DNA of 64,000 nucleotides, from assembly GCA_049322955.1 (NCBI GenBank), contig JBMOPU010000012.1:617517-681516 (forward strand), written 5' to 3'. Of the stretch, positions 48,384 to 57,990 are shown piece after piece. The DNA comes from Patescibacteria group bacterium (GTDB taxonomy: Bacteria > Patescibacteriota > Microgenomatia > UBA10105 > UBA927). Made by a program: the position numbers and the translations under genes. The notes under the pieces were generated by a model. The model did not search any database. It had not been told where the DNA came from and saw nothing but the letters and a program-made list of their open reading frames with translations. Numbering within the stretch: position 1 is the stretch's first letter; each line of letters opens with the position of its first letter.

Positions 48384-48698
48384 TTATAATTTTGCACTCG
48401 GCACAACCTCGCTGATTCTCTTCTCGTCAAAATACAAATCTCTCTCAATCCCTATACCAAACTGTCCACGATAGCTTTCAAGCTCAGTTAGGGAAAAAGA
48501 ACCCCATTCGTCATTCCAATCCCCAAAGATTGAAACGAAGCCGAAAAATTCTTGACTCGCTGGATCGTACTCGGTGGCGTACCATGTACCCGCGCCAGCT
48601 GGATTGAAGAACTTAGCAACTACGATGGGATCGCTGCTGTCCTCCTGTCTGCCTAGCTTGGCGAATCTGGCTAAAAGCTCCTTGGTTAATAGTTTCAT
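48384..48698 (-). CDS. DUF2958-family protein (common on conjugative plasmids/ICEs)
   Basis: MKLLTKEL...VAKFFNPAGAGTWYATEYD...FGFV...WGSFSLTELES...GIERDLYF matches the DUF2958 pattern from memory. Confidence 0.55.
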   Translation of the reverse strand: MKLLTKELLARFAKLGRQEDSSDPIVVAKFFNPAGAGTWYATEYDPASQEFFGFVSIFGDWNDEWGSFSLTELESYRGQFGIGIERDLYFDEKRISEVVPSAKL

Positions 48699-48949
48699 AA
48701 TTTCTCACCTCCTTCTTGGCTTCTTCCCTAAAATTAATGGTTGGGAAGTATGGCCATACTTCCCATACCTGGGAATTTTTAAAGCGGGGTGAATTTTGCA
48801 AGGGCAAGCGAAGCGCAGTTTATTGAAGGCGTAGCCGGAAACCCTTGCGAAATGAGGGGTAAGGCCCCTTCTTTAAGCAGAACTAACTACTCTATACAAA
48901 CTGTATAGTTAAAAAGAAGACAACCATCATAGTAAAAACTTATCAATCA

Positions 48950-49387
48950 TTAATCAGATTCATTTTTTGGAATACTGAGTAATTTTTCGATCCTTTTCAT
49001 ACGCTTATCCCGCCCTTCGATAAAACTTCTAGCGAGAGTAGAAAAAATGTATAGTCCCAGGCCAACACCTATAAAAATGTAGGCAACTGTAAAAAGTTTT
49101 GTCGCTGTGGTAGTTGGATGTAGATCACCGTATCCGACAGTTGCTAGTGTAACAACTGAGAAATAAAAAGAGTCGATATAACTCCAGCCTTCATATGATG
49201 AATAAAAAGCAGTGCCCACAATCAGCAAAATAGATAGCGTTGAAATAGTCGCGATAAATCCTGGTGGTGGTTTTACGCCAGTAAGCTGTTCATGTATTTC
49301 GGAAAGTAGCCAATGTAAAATACGTTTCATAATAGCAATAATTTTATTGATCTTTATTATTAATATTCTTCCGAGTGTTATAGTCAA
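48950..49387 (-). CDS. small two-TM potassium channel (pore-only, TVGYGD selectivity filter)
   Basis: FYFSVVTLATVGYGDLHP pore helix + filter between two TM helices; a likely start is the internal ATG at ~49327. Confidence 0.7.
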   Translation of the reverse strand: MTITLGRILIIKINKIIAIMKRILHWLLSEIHEQLTGVKPPPGFIATISTLSILLIVGTAFYSSYEGWSYIDSFYFSVVTLATVGYGDLHPTTTATKLFTVAYIFIGVGLGLYIFSTLARSFIEGRDKRMKRIEKLLSIPKNESD

Positions 49388-49482
49388 TCATAGTTTATGA
49401 ACTTTTTGCTTCCTATAAAAATGTAAGGGTAGGTTCAAAGACAGAGATGATTGAGAGACGCCAGCAAATTGTTTTTGTTCTT

Positions 49483-50697
49483 TTATTCATGTCTCAGTGC
49501 TTCTATCGGTGACAGTTCACTTGCTTTTTTAGCCGGCGTCACGCCAAAAATTATGCCTACTCCGGCAGAGACAGCGAATGCTAAAGCTATTGACCACCAA
49601 GCAACAGTAATAGGCATGAAGTTTCCGATAAGAAGTGCTCCACCTGCACCAAGCAAAATCCCGATAATACCGCCTCCAACGGACAAAATGGTAGCTTCGA
49701 GTAGAAACTGTGTCAGAATAACTTCCGGTTTGGCCCCCAAGGCTTTTCGCAAACCGATTTCCTGGGTGCGTTCCGTCACTGATACCAGCATGATATTCAT
49801 GATGCCAATACCTCCCACTAACAAAGAAATAGCAGCAATACCCCCCAAGGCAATTGTCAAAGTATTCAATATACTAGAAACAGTCGATAGAATTTCCTTC
49901 TGATCAAGCACGGTAAATTCACTCGATTCCAACCTTCGACTCATAATACTTTCAACCATTTCTACCGCAGGGGTGACGTCTTCGGATGATGTTGCCTGAG
50001 CAAAAATAACACCTAAATGATTCTGATTAAATTGTCTTTGAGCGACAGTTACAGGAATGAACACCTTATCATCTGAGCTCATACTACCTTGGCCACCAGC
50101 TTCTTCAATGACCCCGACAATGGTGTATCGGTAATCACCGAGTTTAATTTTTTCACCGATAATATTGGTGGTTCCAAAAATATCATCGGCAACTTTGTAG
50201 CCGACGACGGCTACTTTTCTGCCAGAATTAACGTCCGCTTCAGAGAAAAAATCACCTGAAGCGAAGTTGGTACTACGCACTTTGGTGTAATCCGCAGTTG
50301 TACCAAATATCTGCGCCATTTGCGACTCTCCCTGATAGCGAATCGGTGCAGACCCCACAACCATTGCAGCTGCGTGTTTTATATATGGCACTTGCTCTTT
50401 AATTGTCGCTAAATCGTCCATCTCAAGTTTTGAAGCGGACATGGCGGCAAAACTACTCGACATAGCTCCACCACCAGCAACATTATCTAAGTCAATTTCT
50501 CCTGGCATCACCATCACCAGATTGGACCCCATATCCTCCATCTGGCTGGTTATGTAATCCTTAAGCCCAGAGCCGACGGAAACTAGAAGAATAACTGAGG
50601 CAACCCCAATAATGACACCGAGTGAGGTGAGCACTGAACGGTTTTTATTGGCTTTAATTGCCCTGAGGGCTACTTTTAATAATGATTTAAATGGCAT
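49483..50697 (-). CDS. MacB/FtsX-family ABC transporter permease
   Basis: N-terminal TM, large periplasmic domain, C-terminal FtsX-type 3-TM bundle; 404 aa. Confidence 0.75.
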   Translation of the reverse strand: MPFKSLLKVALRAIKANKNRSVLTSLGVIIGVASVILLVSVGSGLKDYITSQMEDMGSNLVMVMPGEIDLDNVAGGGAMSSSFAAMSASKLEMDDLATIKEQVPYIKHAAAMVVGSAPIRYQGESQMAQIFGTTADYTKVRSTNFASGDFFSEADVNSGRKVAVVGYKVADDIFGTTNIIGEKIKLGDYRYTIVGVIEEAGGQGSMSSDDKVFIPVTVAQRQFNQNHLGVIFAQATSSEDVTPAVEMVESIMSRRLESSEFTVLDQKEILSTVSSILNTLTIALGGIAAISLLVGGIGIMNIMLVSVTERTQEIGLRKALGAKPEVILTQFLLEATILSVGGGIIGILLGAGGALLIGNFMPITVAWWSIALAFAVSAGVGIIFGVTPAKKASELSPIEALRHE

Positions 50698-50705
50698 ATA
50701 TATTG

Positions 50706-51422
50706 TTACGAAACTATTTTTCCGTCTTTAATAGTGATTATTCGATCAGCTTGGCTTGCAACCGAGCCATCATGGGTAACTAAAATAATCGTCTTTCCGT
50801 GTTGATGCAAGTTTCTGAAAATTTGCATGACCTCTTTTCCTGACTTTGAGTCCAGATTTCCGGTAGGCTCGTCTCCCAAAATAACCGGAGCGTCCGTTAT
50901 TAGCGACCTGGCGATAGCTACCCTTTGCTGCTGCCCGCCTGAAAGCTGATTGGGATGATGGTAAAGTCTTTCGCCGAGACCCACCATTTCCAACATTGCT
51001 TTGGCTTTTTCCAGGGCATGTTCTTCGGAAGTGTGATTATAAATCAGCGGCAGGCTCACATTTTCCAAGGCACTGGTTCTGGCAAGTAGGTTAAAAGCCT
51101 GAAAAACAAAGCCGATTTTTTGATTTCTGATTTCTACCAGTTCGCTTTCCTCTAATTTACTGATATCGTGGCCGTCCAAGATAATTTTGCCTTCGGTTGG
51201 CACATCCAGGCAACCAATGAGGTGCATCAGGGTTGATTTACCTGAACCCGATGGTCCGGTGATCGACACGAATTCCCCTCGCTCTATAGACAGGGAAACA
51301 CTGTCAAGCGCTTTTACCGCAATGCCATCCATCTGATAGGCCTTGGTCACATTTTGAACAGAGAGAAGGACATTTTTGCTACTCATATTGTGTTTCTTAT
51401 TTACTTTCCTTAACCAGGACAA
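50706..51422 (-). CDS. ABC transporter ATP-binding protein (MacB/LolD-type)
   Basis: Walker A GPSGSGKST, ABC signature LSGGQQQRVAIARS, Walker B ILGDEPTGNLD. Confidence 0.85.
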   Translation of the reverse strand: MSWLRKVNKKHNMSSKNVLLSVQNVTKAYQMDGIAVKALDSVSLSIERGEFVSITGPSGSGKSTLMHLIGCLDVPTEGKIILDGHDISKLEESELVEIRNQKIGFVFQAFNLLARTSALENVSLPLIYNHTSEEHALEKAKAMLEMVGLGERLYHHPNQLSGGQQQRVAIARSLITDAPVILGDEPTGNLDSKSGKEVMQIFRNLHQHGKTIILVTHDGSVASQADRIITIKDGKIVS

Positions 51423-52467
51423 CTTCCTGACCTTCTTCTACGCCAGATGCAACTTCCGTTTGGGAAATAGTTGAGAGGCCAACAGTCACTTCCCGGGATA
51501 CTGGCTTGCCATTCTCCAAGATATAGACATATGTCTTTCCTTGGTTGTGTTTAATAAATTCCCTGGGAATAGAGAGGACGTTTTCTTTCTTGGCAATGAT
51601 AAAATCAGCGTCTCCGGACAAGCCGACCGCTAGTCTCTCATCAACTTTGGTAAAGGTTATTTCGATGGGGATGGTAACTCCACCGCTTAATGTTTTCTCT
51701 CCCTCTTTACCGATAAAACTGACGGCACCTTCAAATGACTGATCAGGAAAAGCGTCCAGTTGAATTTCTACCTTCTGTCCGACCTGGATTTTGCCAAAAT
51801 CAACCTCGTCAATTTGGGCAATAAAGTAGAGTGTGGACAGGTCAGCAACCTTGATAATTTTAGTTGCCAGATTTGCTGCCGTTAAATTCTCTCCTGCAAT
51901 TAGACCGCCGGTGCTCAGAACCGTGCCGGAGATGGGTGAAACTAATACTGCATCTTTTGCCGCGACATCAGCTATTTCGACATCCAAAACCGATTTATCA
52001 AGTCCGAACTGGGTTTTTTCCAGGATTCGTTTTTCTTCATCGGTCAGGAGTACCTGCTCCAGGGATCGTCCATCGACATCGTAGTTGTCCTGTGTTTGCT
52101 CAAAGTCCCATCGATTTGTCTGGTAGTCCAGTAATTTTTTTCGTAGGTTTTTTTCCAGGGTGCGTTTATCCAACGAGGCAACTGATTGCCATTTCTTGAC
52201 CCTATCACCTTTTTTAACTCCCAACCAAACTATCTTGCTTGGGGTATTAAAGCGTAATTCCGCATAATCCTTTGCTTGCACATTGCCTGAGGCATTCACG
52301 GACTCGGTAATATCTTGTCTTTTGACGGTGGTGGTCCGGAGTTCATCGCCATTTTGACGGAAAGTGATATACCCAGTTGAAATAGTGACCAGCAGTAAGA
52401 GTGCTATATACCACTTGTATTTTTTAAGACGATCGACAACAGTTTGTTTTTTAGTATTTTGTGACAT
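51397..52467 (-). CDS. HlyD/MacA-family periplasmic adaptor (membrane fusion protein)
   Basis: N-terminal TM, coiled-coil and beta-barrel segments typical of MFP; located upstream of the ABC pair. Confidence 0.7.
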   Translation of the reverse strand: MSQNTKKQTVVDRLKKYKWYIALLLLVTISTGYITFRQNGDELRTTTVKRQDITESVNASGNVQAKDYAELRFNTPSKIVWLGVKKGDRVKKWQSVASLDKRTLEKNLRKKLLDYQTNRWDFEQTQDNYDVDGRSLEQVLLTDEEKRILEKTQFGLDKSVLDVEIADVAAKDAVLVSPISGTVLSTGGLIAGENLTAANLATKIIKVADLSTLYFIAQIDEVDFGKIQVGQKVEIQLDAFPDQSFEGAVSFIGKEGEKTLSGGVTIPIEITFTKVDERLAVGLSGDADFIIAKKENVLSIPREFIKHNQGKTYVYILENGKPVSREVTVGLSTISQTEVASGVEEGQEVVLVKESK

Positions 52468-52476
52468 AGTGCACCT

Positions 52477-53037
52477 CTAAACTTTTTGGGTTAATAATTC
52501 AGTTAAATCTTTTGCTGTTTGCTTGGTATTTTTCCCATGCATTAAATAAAAGGGAGACAGAGTAATACTTATAATAGAAGTGGCCAAGGTAAATAAAACC
52601 GAATATGTAGATGTCCTGACAAAATCCAACCCTTTAATCATCAATAATATTGATTTTATTAATTCCTGTCTAAGTTCTGTTGCTAGTTCCAGCATAGGAA
52701 CACGTTCATCATTTTGTACCCCTAACGATACCAGTAAAGAAATTTCGGGGTGTCCTAGCTTAAAGTTGAGCAATGTCTTGGTGATGTTGAAAACCATATC
52801 AGACGGGAGAATACTAGCGTTAACCGTCAGTTTTAACTCACTTTTCAGTTCGCTCACAGCATCTCGGAGCAGTATTTCCACCAAGGCATCCTTGCTTTCA
52901 AAGTGGTAGTAAAGGGCGGCCTTGGTAATACCCACTTCGTTAGCAATATCCTGCATGGATACGCCAAAATAGCCCTTTTGAGATAGGAGCTTTCCAGCTT
53001 TCTGTAGTATTATTGTTTTAGTTTCTGATTTTTTCAT
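52477..53037 (-). CDS. TetR-family transcriptional regulator
   Basis: N-terminal HTH GYFGVSMQDIANEVGITKAALYYHF. Confidence 0.8.
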   Translation of the reverse strand: MKKSETKTIILQKAGKLLSQKGYFGVSMQDIANEVGITKAALYYHFESKDALVEILLRDAVSELKSELKLTVNASILPSDMVFNITKTLLNFKLGHPEISLLVSLGVQNDERVPMLELATELRQELIKSILLMIKGLDFVRTSTYSVLFTLATSIISITLSPFYLMHGKNTKQTAKDLTELLTQKV

Positions 53038-53134
53038 AATATTTACTAACCGTTCGGTAAGTATAATACCTCACATTGCATTTGTCAACACACCACATAC
53101 CTGAAAACAAAGGGAGAGTAACAACAAGCGCGAT

Positions 53135-53458
53135 TTAGGAAGATTTACTTAAGTATTTTTCCGCAAATAATTTAATTTGCTTTAAAATTGGTAAGATACC
53201 TATTCCCTTATCGGTTAGAGCGTAAACTACTGATAATTTATCAACCGTTTCCTCTTTACGTACTATAAGGCCTTGCTCTTCCAGCTTTTTTAGCCTATTA
53301 CTCAGTGTTGTAGGATTAATGCTTGCAAGCTCCCGTTCAATTTCAGAGAATCTTTTTTCAGAAGCGCTTAGGACTTGAATTATCGAGAGTGTCCAATAAT
53401 CACCTAGAATTTGTAATTCATGAGCCGAACATTTATTGGTATTACTTTGTGTTGACAT
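53135..53458 (-). CDS. HxlR-type winged-helix transcriptional regulator
   Basis: CSAHELQILGDYWTLSIIQVL...RFSEIEREL...LSNRLKKLEEQGLIVRKE. Confidence 0.75.
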   Translation of the reverse strand: MSTQSNTNKCSAHELQILGDYWTLSIIQVLSASEKRFSEIERELASINPTTLSNRLKKLEEQGLIVRKEETVDKLSVVYALTDKGIGILPILKQIKLFAEKYLSKSS

Positions 53459-53536
53459 GCTATAAAAACTGTAGTACTCTATTTATCGTAGTAATTATAT
53501 ACAAACAAGACGCAAAAATCAAATCGGGAGGATTTT

Positions 53537-54145
53537 ATGAAATACAACACAATACCTTCAAACGAAGTTATAGAAAAAACACAAAAAGCACTTGAGGCAA
53601 ACGGGATGCAAGTCATAATTGTCGAAAATGGCAGACAAGCAAAAGAAAAAGCTCTGTCTCTTATCCAAAAAGGCGCAAGCGTTATGACTGCCACTTCCAC
53701 AACGGCTCAGCAGATCGAACTTGATAAAGCAATCGATGAATCTTCAGATTTTGAATCTTTGAGAAAAAAAATTATGGCCCTTCCCCAAAGCGAGCAACGG
53801 GCTCAGGCAAGAAGGATTAATAGCTCACCTGATTATGTAGTGGGAAGTGTTCACGCAGTGACAGAGAACGGAAAAGTTGTTATTGCCTCAAACTCAGGCA
53901 GCCAGCTTGCCCCCTATGCTTTTTCGGCGGCAAAAGTTATCTGGGTAGTAGGTGCGCAAAAGATCGTTAAAAATCTTGAAGAGGCAACGAAACGCATTGA
54001 GGAATATACCTTTAAATTAGAAGATGAGCGAATGATGCAAGTGTATGGCATGCACAGCGGTATCAGAAAAACTCTGATTGTTGACTCCGAAGTCATGCCT
54101 GAGCGTATCACTATTATTCTGGTCAAAGAAAATCTGGGGTTTTAA
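53537..54145 (+). CDS. LUD-domain (LutC/YkgG-like) protein
   Basis: 202 aa with the lactate-utilisation-domain pattern (VIWVVGAQKIV...). Confidence 0.5.
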   Translation: MKYNTIPSNEVIEKTQKALEANGMQVIIVENGRQAKEKALSLIQKGASVMTATSTTAQQIELDKAIDESSDFESLRKKIMALPQSEQRAQARRINSSPDYVVGSVHAVTENGKVVIASNSGSQLAPYAFSAAKVIWVVGAQKIVKNLEEATKRIEEYTFKLEDERMMQVYGMHSGIRKTLIVDSEVMPERITIILVKENLGF

Positions 54146-54146
54146 A

Positions 54147-54758
54147 ATGAAGCTAGCAATTTTTGGGGCGACTGGCCCAAGCGGACAACTATTGGTAAAA
54201 CAGGCCTTACGAGCAGGTTATAATGTTACCGTGCTTGTCAGGGACCCTGCAAAATTAGGGGTTCAGAATAAAAACTTGACTGTTATAAAGGGTAACGTTT
54301 TAAATTACGATGATGTTGATAAAACAGTCAAAGGCCAGGATGTTGTATTAAGCGCCTTGGGAGTCAAACCACCAAGCCGGGAGAAAGTTGTCGGACCCGC
54401 AACCAGAAACATAGTCCGTGCCATGGTAAGTCATAGTGTAAAAAGGCTCATTGTAGAATCCGCGTTTTTTATGGACGAGTCCGTAAGAAAGAATCTGTTT
54501 ATAAAACTCCTTACCGTGACGTTTATGAAAGGTCTTTACGATGATAAAAAAATACAAAATGAAGCACTTCAGAAAAGCGGACTTGACTGGACAGAAGTAC
54601 GACCAACTATGCTTACTAATGGTCCCAAAAGCTCCTATAGAATAAACGTTAAGCCTGGAATGTTTTCAAAAATTTCAAGAGCAAATGTGGCGGATTTTAT
54701 GCTGAAAGAGATTGTCGACGGTAATTTTAAAAATAAGTCAGTCATAATAACAGAATAG
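54147..54758 (+). CDS. NmrA-like / atypical SDR NAD(P)H-binding oxidoreductase
   Basis: MKLAIFGATGPSGQLLVKQAL Rossmann motif at the ATG 54147, right after the LUD stop. Confidence 0.7.
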   Translation: MKLAIFGATGPSGQLLVKQALRAGYNVTVLVRDPAKLGVQNKNLTVIKGNVLNYDDVDKTVKGQDVVLSALGVKPPSREKVVGPATRNIVRAMVSHSVKRLIVESAFFMDESVRKNLFIKLLTVTFMKGLYDDKKIQNEALQKSGLDWTEVRPTMLTNGPKSSYRINVKPGMFSKISRANVADFMLKEIVDGNFKNKSVIITE

Positions 54759-54761
54759 CCT

Positions 54762-55142
54762 ATGCCCCAACAAGAATATATTCCGGGAGTTTGTAATATT
54801 GGACCTGCTGAAACAAAGAGACGAAAACAATCGGGATGGGTAGGGCTTGCCTTAACCGTTATCCTCCGGGGAATCCTTGTTTACATTAATGCCGCACCGG
54901 TCTGGCAACTGCTTCTCTTTTTTCCAGCGATGATGTCAGCAACAGGATTTTTGCAGGCATACATGCATTTCTGCGCTTATTTTGGCTTTACCTCGCTTTT
55001 TAATTTTGGCAATGTCGGTAAAACCGATTCAGTCCAGCAGGTAGAATTTCGTGTCCGGGATAGACACAAAGCATTGCAAATCGTAATCTATTCCGTGTTT
55101 ATCGGAATACTAGTTTCTGTATTAGCAGTATACATAAAATGA
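54762..55142 (+). CDS. small multi-TM hypothetical membrane protein
   Basis: 126 aa, 3-4 predicted TM helices. Confidence 0.4.
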   Translation: MPQQEYIPGVCNIGPAETKRRKQSGWVGLALTVILRGILVYINAAPVWQLLLFFPAMMSATGFLQAYMHFCAYFGFTSLFNFGNVGKTDSVQQVEFRVRDRHKALQIVIYSVFIGILVSVLAVYIK

Positions 55143-56080
55143 CTACTTTATCTCTCCCTCAGCCTGTGGCAATTTCAGTCGACCGCATTCATCCCGAAAG
55201 TCTGCCGGGCTATATTCACCTCAAAGTCGCTGATCTTGACAATCAAATTAGGTTTTACCAGCAGGTGATCGGCTTGCAGTTGAACTGGCGCAAGGATAAA
55301 AACGCCGCGCTCGGCGTCAACGGACACGATCTAGTGCGCATGAGTCAAGTGCAGGACGGTAAGCGGTACCGAGGCGTGACCGGTATGTATCACTTTGCCA
55401 TTCTATTTCCCAGCCGTCGTGAACTGGCGCGCGTGATTGCTCGCCTATTTGATAAGAAGTATCCGAATTATCCAACCGACCACATCATGACCAAGACCAC
55501 CTACCTCGATGACCCCGAAGGCAATAACATTGAGTTGTACTGTGAGTCGCCCGAAGATGGGGTGAATGAGATCAAAAAGGGGCAGTTTTATGTCCGCCGC
55601 GCTGACGGCTCCATTAGTGACGGGCGTGAAGCTATGGATTTGGATGCGCTTTTCTCAAACCTGACTGAAGACGACCTCCTCAACCTGCCCGTCCCACACG
55701 AAACGCGCATGGGACATTTCCATCTCTACGTCGCTAACTTGGAGGAGACACGCAAGTTCTATCACGACCTACTCGGCTTCGACGATATGGGGACTGCGAG
55801 TGGCTTCCGCATGGGAATGTTGTCTGCTGGAGCGTATCACCACCACATCGGATATAACACATGGCAGGGAGAGGGCGCGCCTCCTCCCCCCGATGACGCT
55901 CTGGGTTTGTTTTACTACACTTTTAACCTTCCCAATGTCCGGGAATTGAAAAGAATGGAACATTTACTGGAAACAAAAGATATTTCCTTCGAACGCCGCC
56001 CCAACGGTCTATTCATGAGCGACCCATCCCGAAACTCCTTACTCCTAACCACTGCTGAACTAGCGCGAGAGGGCAGGTGA
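55139..56080 (+). CDS. two-domain VOC (glyoxalase/bleomycin-resistance/extradiol dioxygenase) family protein
   Basis: Two tandem VOC modules (HLKVADLDNQIRFYQQVIGL...; HFHLYVANLEETRKFYHDLLGF...); noticeably higher GC than the surrounding island. Confidence 0.65.
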   Translation: MTTLSLPQPVAISVDRIHPESLPGYIHLKVADLDNQIRFYQQVIGLQLNWRKDKNAALGVNGHDLVRMSQVQDGKRYRGVTGMYHFAILFPSRRELARVIARLFDKKYPNYPTDHIMTKTTYLDDPEGNNIELYCESPEDGVNEIKKGQFYVRRADGSISDGREAMDLDALFSNLTEDDLLNLPVPHETRMGHFHLYVANLEETRKFYHDLLGFDDMGTASGFRMGMLSAGAYHHHIGYNTWQGEGAPPPPDDALGLFYYTFNLPNVRELKRMEHLLETKDISFERRPNGLFMSDPSRNSLLLTTAELAREGR

Positions 56081-56260
56081 AGAATTATAAGATCTCTAAT
56101 TGTGTTGCGCGAGGCATAATGGCAAATCAAAATTTGATTGGAAAATTGAAAAATAGGTAAATTGTTTTATATATTAATAGTTTTTTGTTACTCCATGATT
56201 TGCTTTCTTCTTGACTTTCTGCCTGGTTAGGATAATAATTCCCTCAAATTTACAAGAGCT

Positions 56261-56285
56261 GCCCCTCCGATAGGGGCTTTTTTGT
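56261..56285 (+). terminator. intrinsic terminator (GCCCCTCCGATAGGGGC + T6)
   Basis: Perfect 6-bp GC stem plus U-run downstream of the VOC gene. Confidence 0.6.
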
Positions 56286-56336
56286 AACTAGTCCTGCCTA
56301 AAGTTATAAATTATTGATTTATATGGAGGTCGGACT

Positions 56337-56672
56337 ATGAATAAAAAAATAATTGTTACTTCTTCTCTAGCCATCACGGCACTAATGTTTGCGTCACCAG
56401 TCTTTGCTGCTTCAGCCGACGTAACCAAAATAGAAACCTTCATCAAAAGCATTATCCAAATATTAGTTACCCTTGCCGGACTTATCTCCGCTGGTTTCTT
56501 TGTTTGGGGTGGCGTTGGCTATATCACAAGCTCAGGCAATCCAGAAACTCTCGACCGTTCCAAAAAAACTATCATGTACTCTGCCATAGGTTTAGCTGTA
56601 GTACTTGGTGCGTTTGTGTTGACTAATATCATCTCTGATTTAGCGACTGGAGCATTTGGCTCGGCGCAGTAA
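56337..56672 (+). CDS. VirB2/TrbC-like conjugative pilin candidate
   Basis: Signal peptide + two hydrophobic helices (ILVTLAGLISAGFFVWGGVGYI...; AIGLAVVLGAFVLTNII), 111 aa. Confidence 0.5.
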   Translation: MNKKIIVTSSLAITALMFASPVFAASADVTKIETFIKSIIQILVTLAGLISAGFFVWGGVGYITSSGNPETLDRSKKTIMYSAIGLAVVLGAFVLTNIISDLATGAFGSAQ

Positions 56673-56700
56673 GTCGGCCAATATTGGAATATGAACAAAT

Positions 56701-57990
56701 ATGAAATTATTAGTATTGGCTGTAACCATACTCATAGGACTTCTATCACCGTCGGTAGCATATGCTTCAACTAACGCACCTACGGAGGTAACAGCGTTTA
56801 CTAATGACGCTCTTTCAATAGTTACACTTATCTCGACCGCAGCAACGGTCTTTTTTTTAATTCGGGGTGGCTATATCTACATTACCTCCACTGGTAAGCC
56901 GGACGCTTTAGAAGAAGCCAAGAAAACTATCAGAAATGCCTTGATAGGCTTGGTGGTTGTTTTTGCTGCCAGTTCGATTGTCTCGTTTCTCTCTGGTGCA
57001 TTAGTCGGTGACGGTTCAACTACTTCCACATCCAACTTACCTATTACCCAAATTGAGAGTGTTGCGCCTAGTGATGGCTTAACCCAAGTACTTATTGATG
57101 CAGTCAACGGCTTTATTCAAAACATTGTTGAAAGTTCCACCAAGCCAATAGTTGATGGCATTATGACCTTTCTTTCAACCACACCATCACTTCTAGAGAA
57201 TGCTTCGATCGTTAAATTCTGGCTAATCATGCTCGGGATTACCGACACGTTATTCGTGCTGGTTGTAGCGCTTCTAGGCCTTCAGTTTATGAGTGCTTCC
57301 ACCTTTGGATTTGAAGAGATTGAATTTAAACACCTGCTTCCCCGAATTGGCTTGGCTTTTCTCGGAGCCAATATTTCGCTTTTCCTGGCTGACTACGCCC
57401 TAAAAGCGAGTAATGCTCTAGTTTCTGGTGTCATTTCCGCTACTGGAGGACTAAATCACGCATGGATTAGTAACGCCGTTACTATCTCAAGCATTACTAA
57501 CGGTACTGCACCATTTATTATCCTGATTTTCCTACTCATATTCCTAATCGTGGCGATTGTGCTACTTCTTATGTACATAAGTCGCCTGATAGTGATCTCG
57601 CTTGGTGCTGTGCTCTCACCATTTATTTTCCTACTCTCAGCAATCCCCAAGACAGCCGACTTTGCCGAGATGGCAGTAAAAGGGTACTTTGTTTCAGTAT
57701 TTACCATCTTCATCCATGTGGTGACGATTCAGCTTGCGGGTACTTTTTTGTCTCTCCCTGAACAAACTAATAATTCGCTCATCTCAATCGCTGTCGCGAT
57801 TGGGTTACTCTTAACTCTGCTTAAAATTCCCTCATTCATGATGCAACTCATCCTCTTTTCTAGAAGTGTAGGAGCAGTTCGCCATATGGGTAGTCAAATC
57901 ACCAATGTGTTAAGTACTGACTCTAGCTCAAACATGTCATACAAAGGCACCAAATCGGCCAAATTGCCTAGAAGGAGTGCCAACCTATGA
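56701..57990 (+). CDS. fusion of a second VirB2-like pilin domain to a VirB6/TrbL-like polytopic membrane domain
   Basis: Residues 1-105 parallel the 111-aa pilin-like protein; residues ~150-400 contain 6+ TM helices typical of VirB6-like proteins. Confidence 0.5.
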   Translation: MKLLVLAVTILIGLLSPSVAYASTNAPTEVTAFTNDALSIVTLISTAATVFFLIRGGYIYITSTGKPDALEEAKKTIRNALIGLVVVFAASSIVSFLSGALVGDGSTTSTSNLPITQIESVAPSDGLTQVLIDAVNGFIQNIVESSTKPIVDGIMTFLSTTPSLLENASIVKFWLIMLGITDTLFVLVVALLGLQFMSASTFGFEEIEFKHLLPRIGLAFLGANISLFLADYALKASNALVSGVISATGGLNHAWISNAVTISSITNGTAPFIILIFLLIFLIVAIVLLLMYISRLIVISLGAVLSPFIFLLSAIPKTADFAEMAVKGYFVSVFTIFIHVVTIQLAGTFLSLPEQTNNSLISIAVAIGLLLTLLKIPSFMMQLILFSRSVGAVRHMGSQITNVLSTDSSSNMSYKGTKSAKLPRRSANL

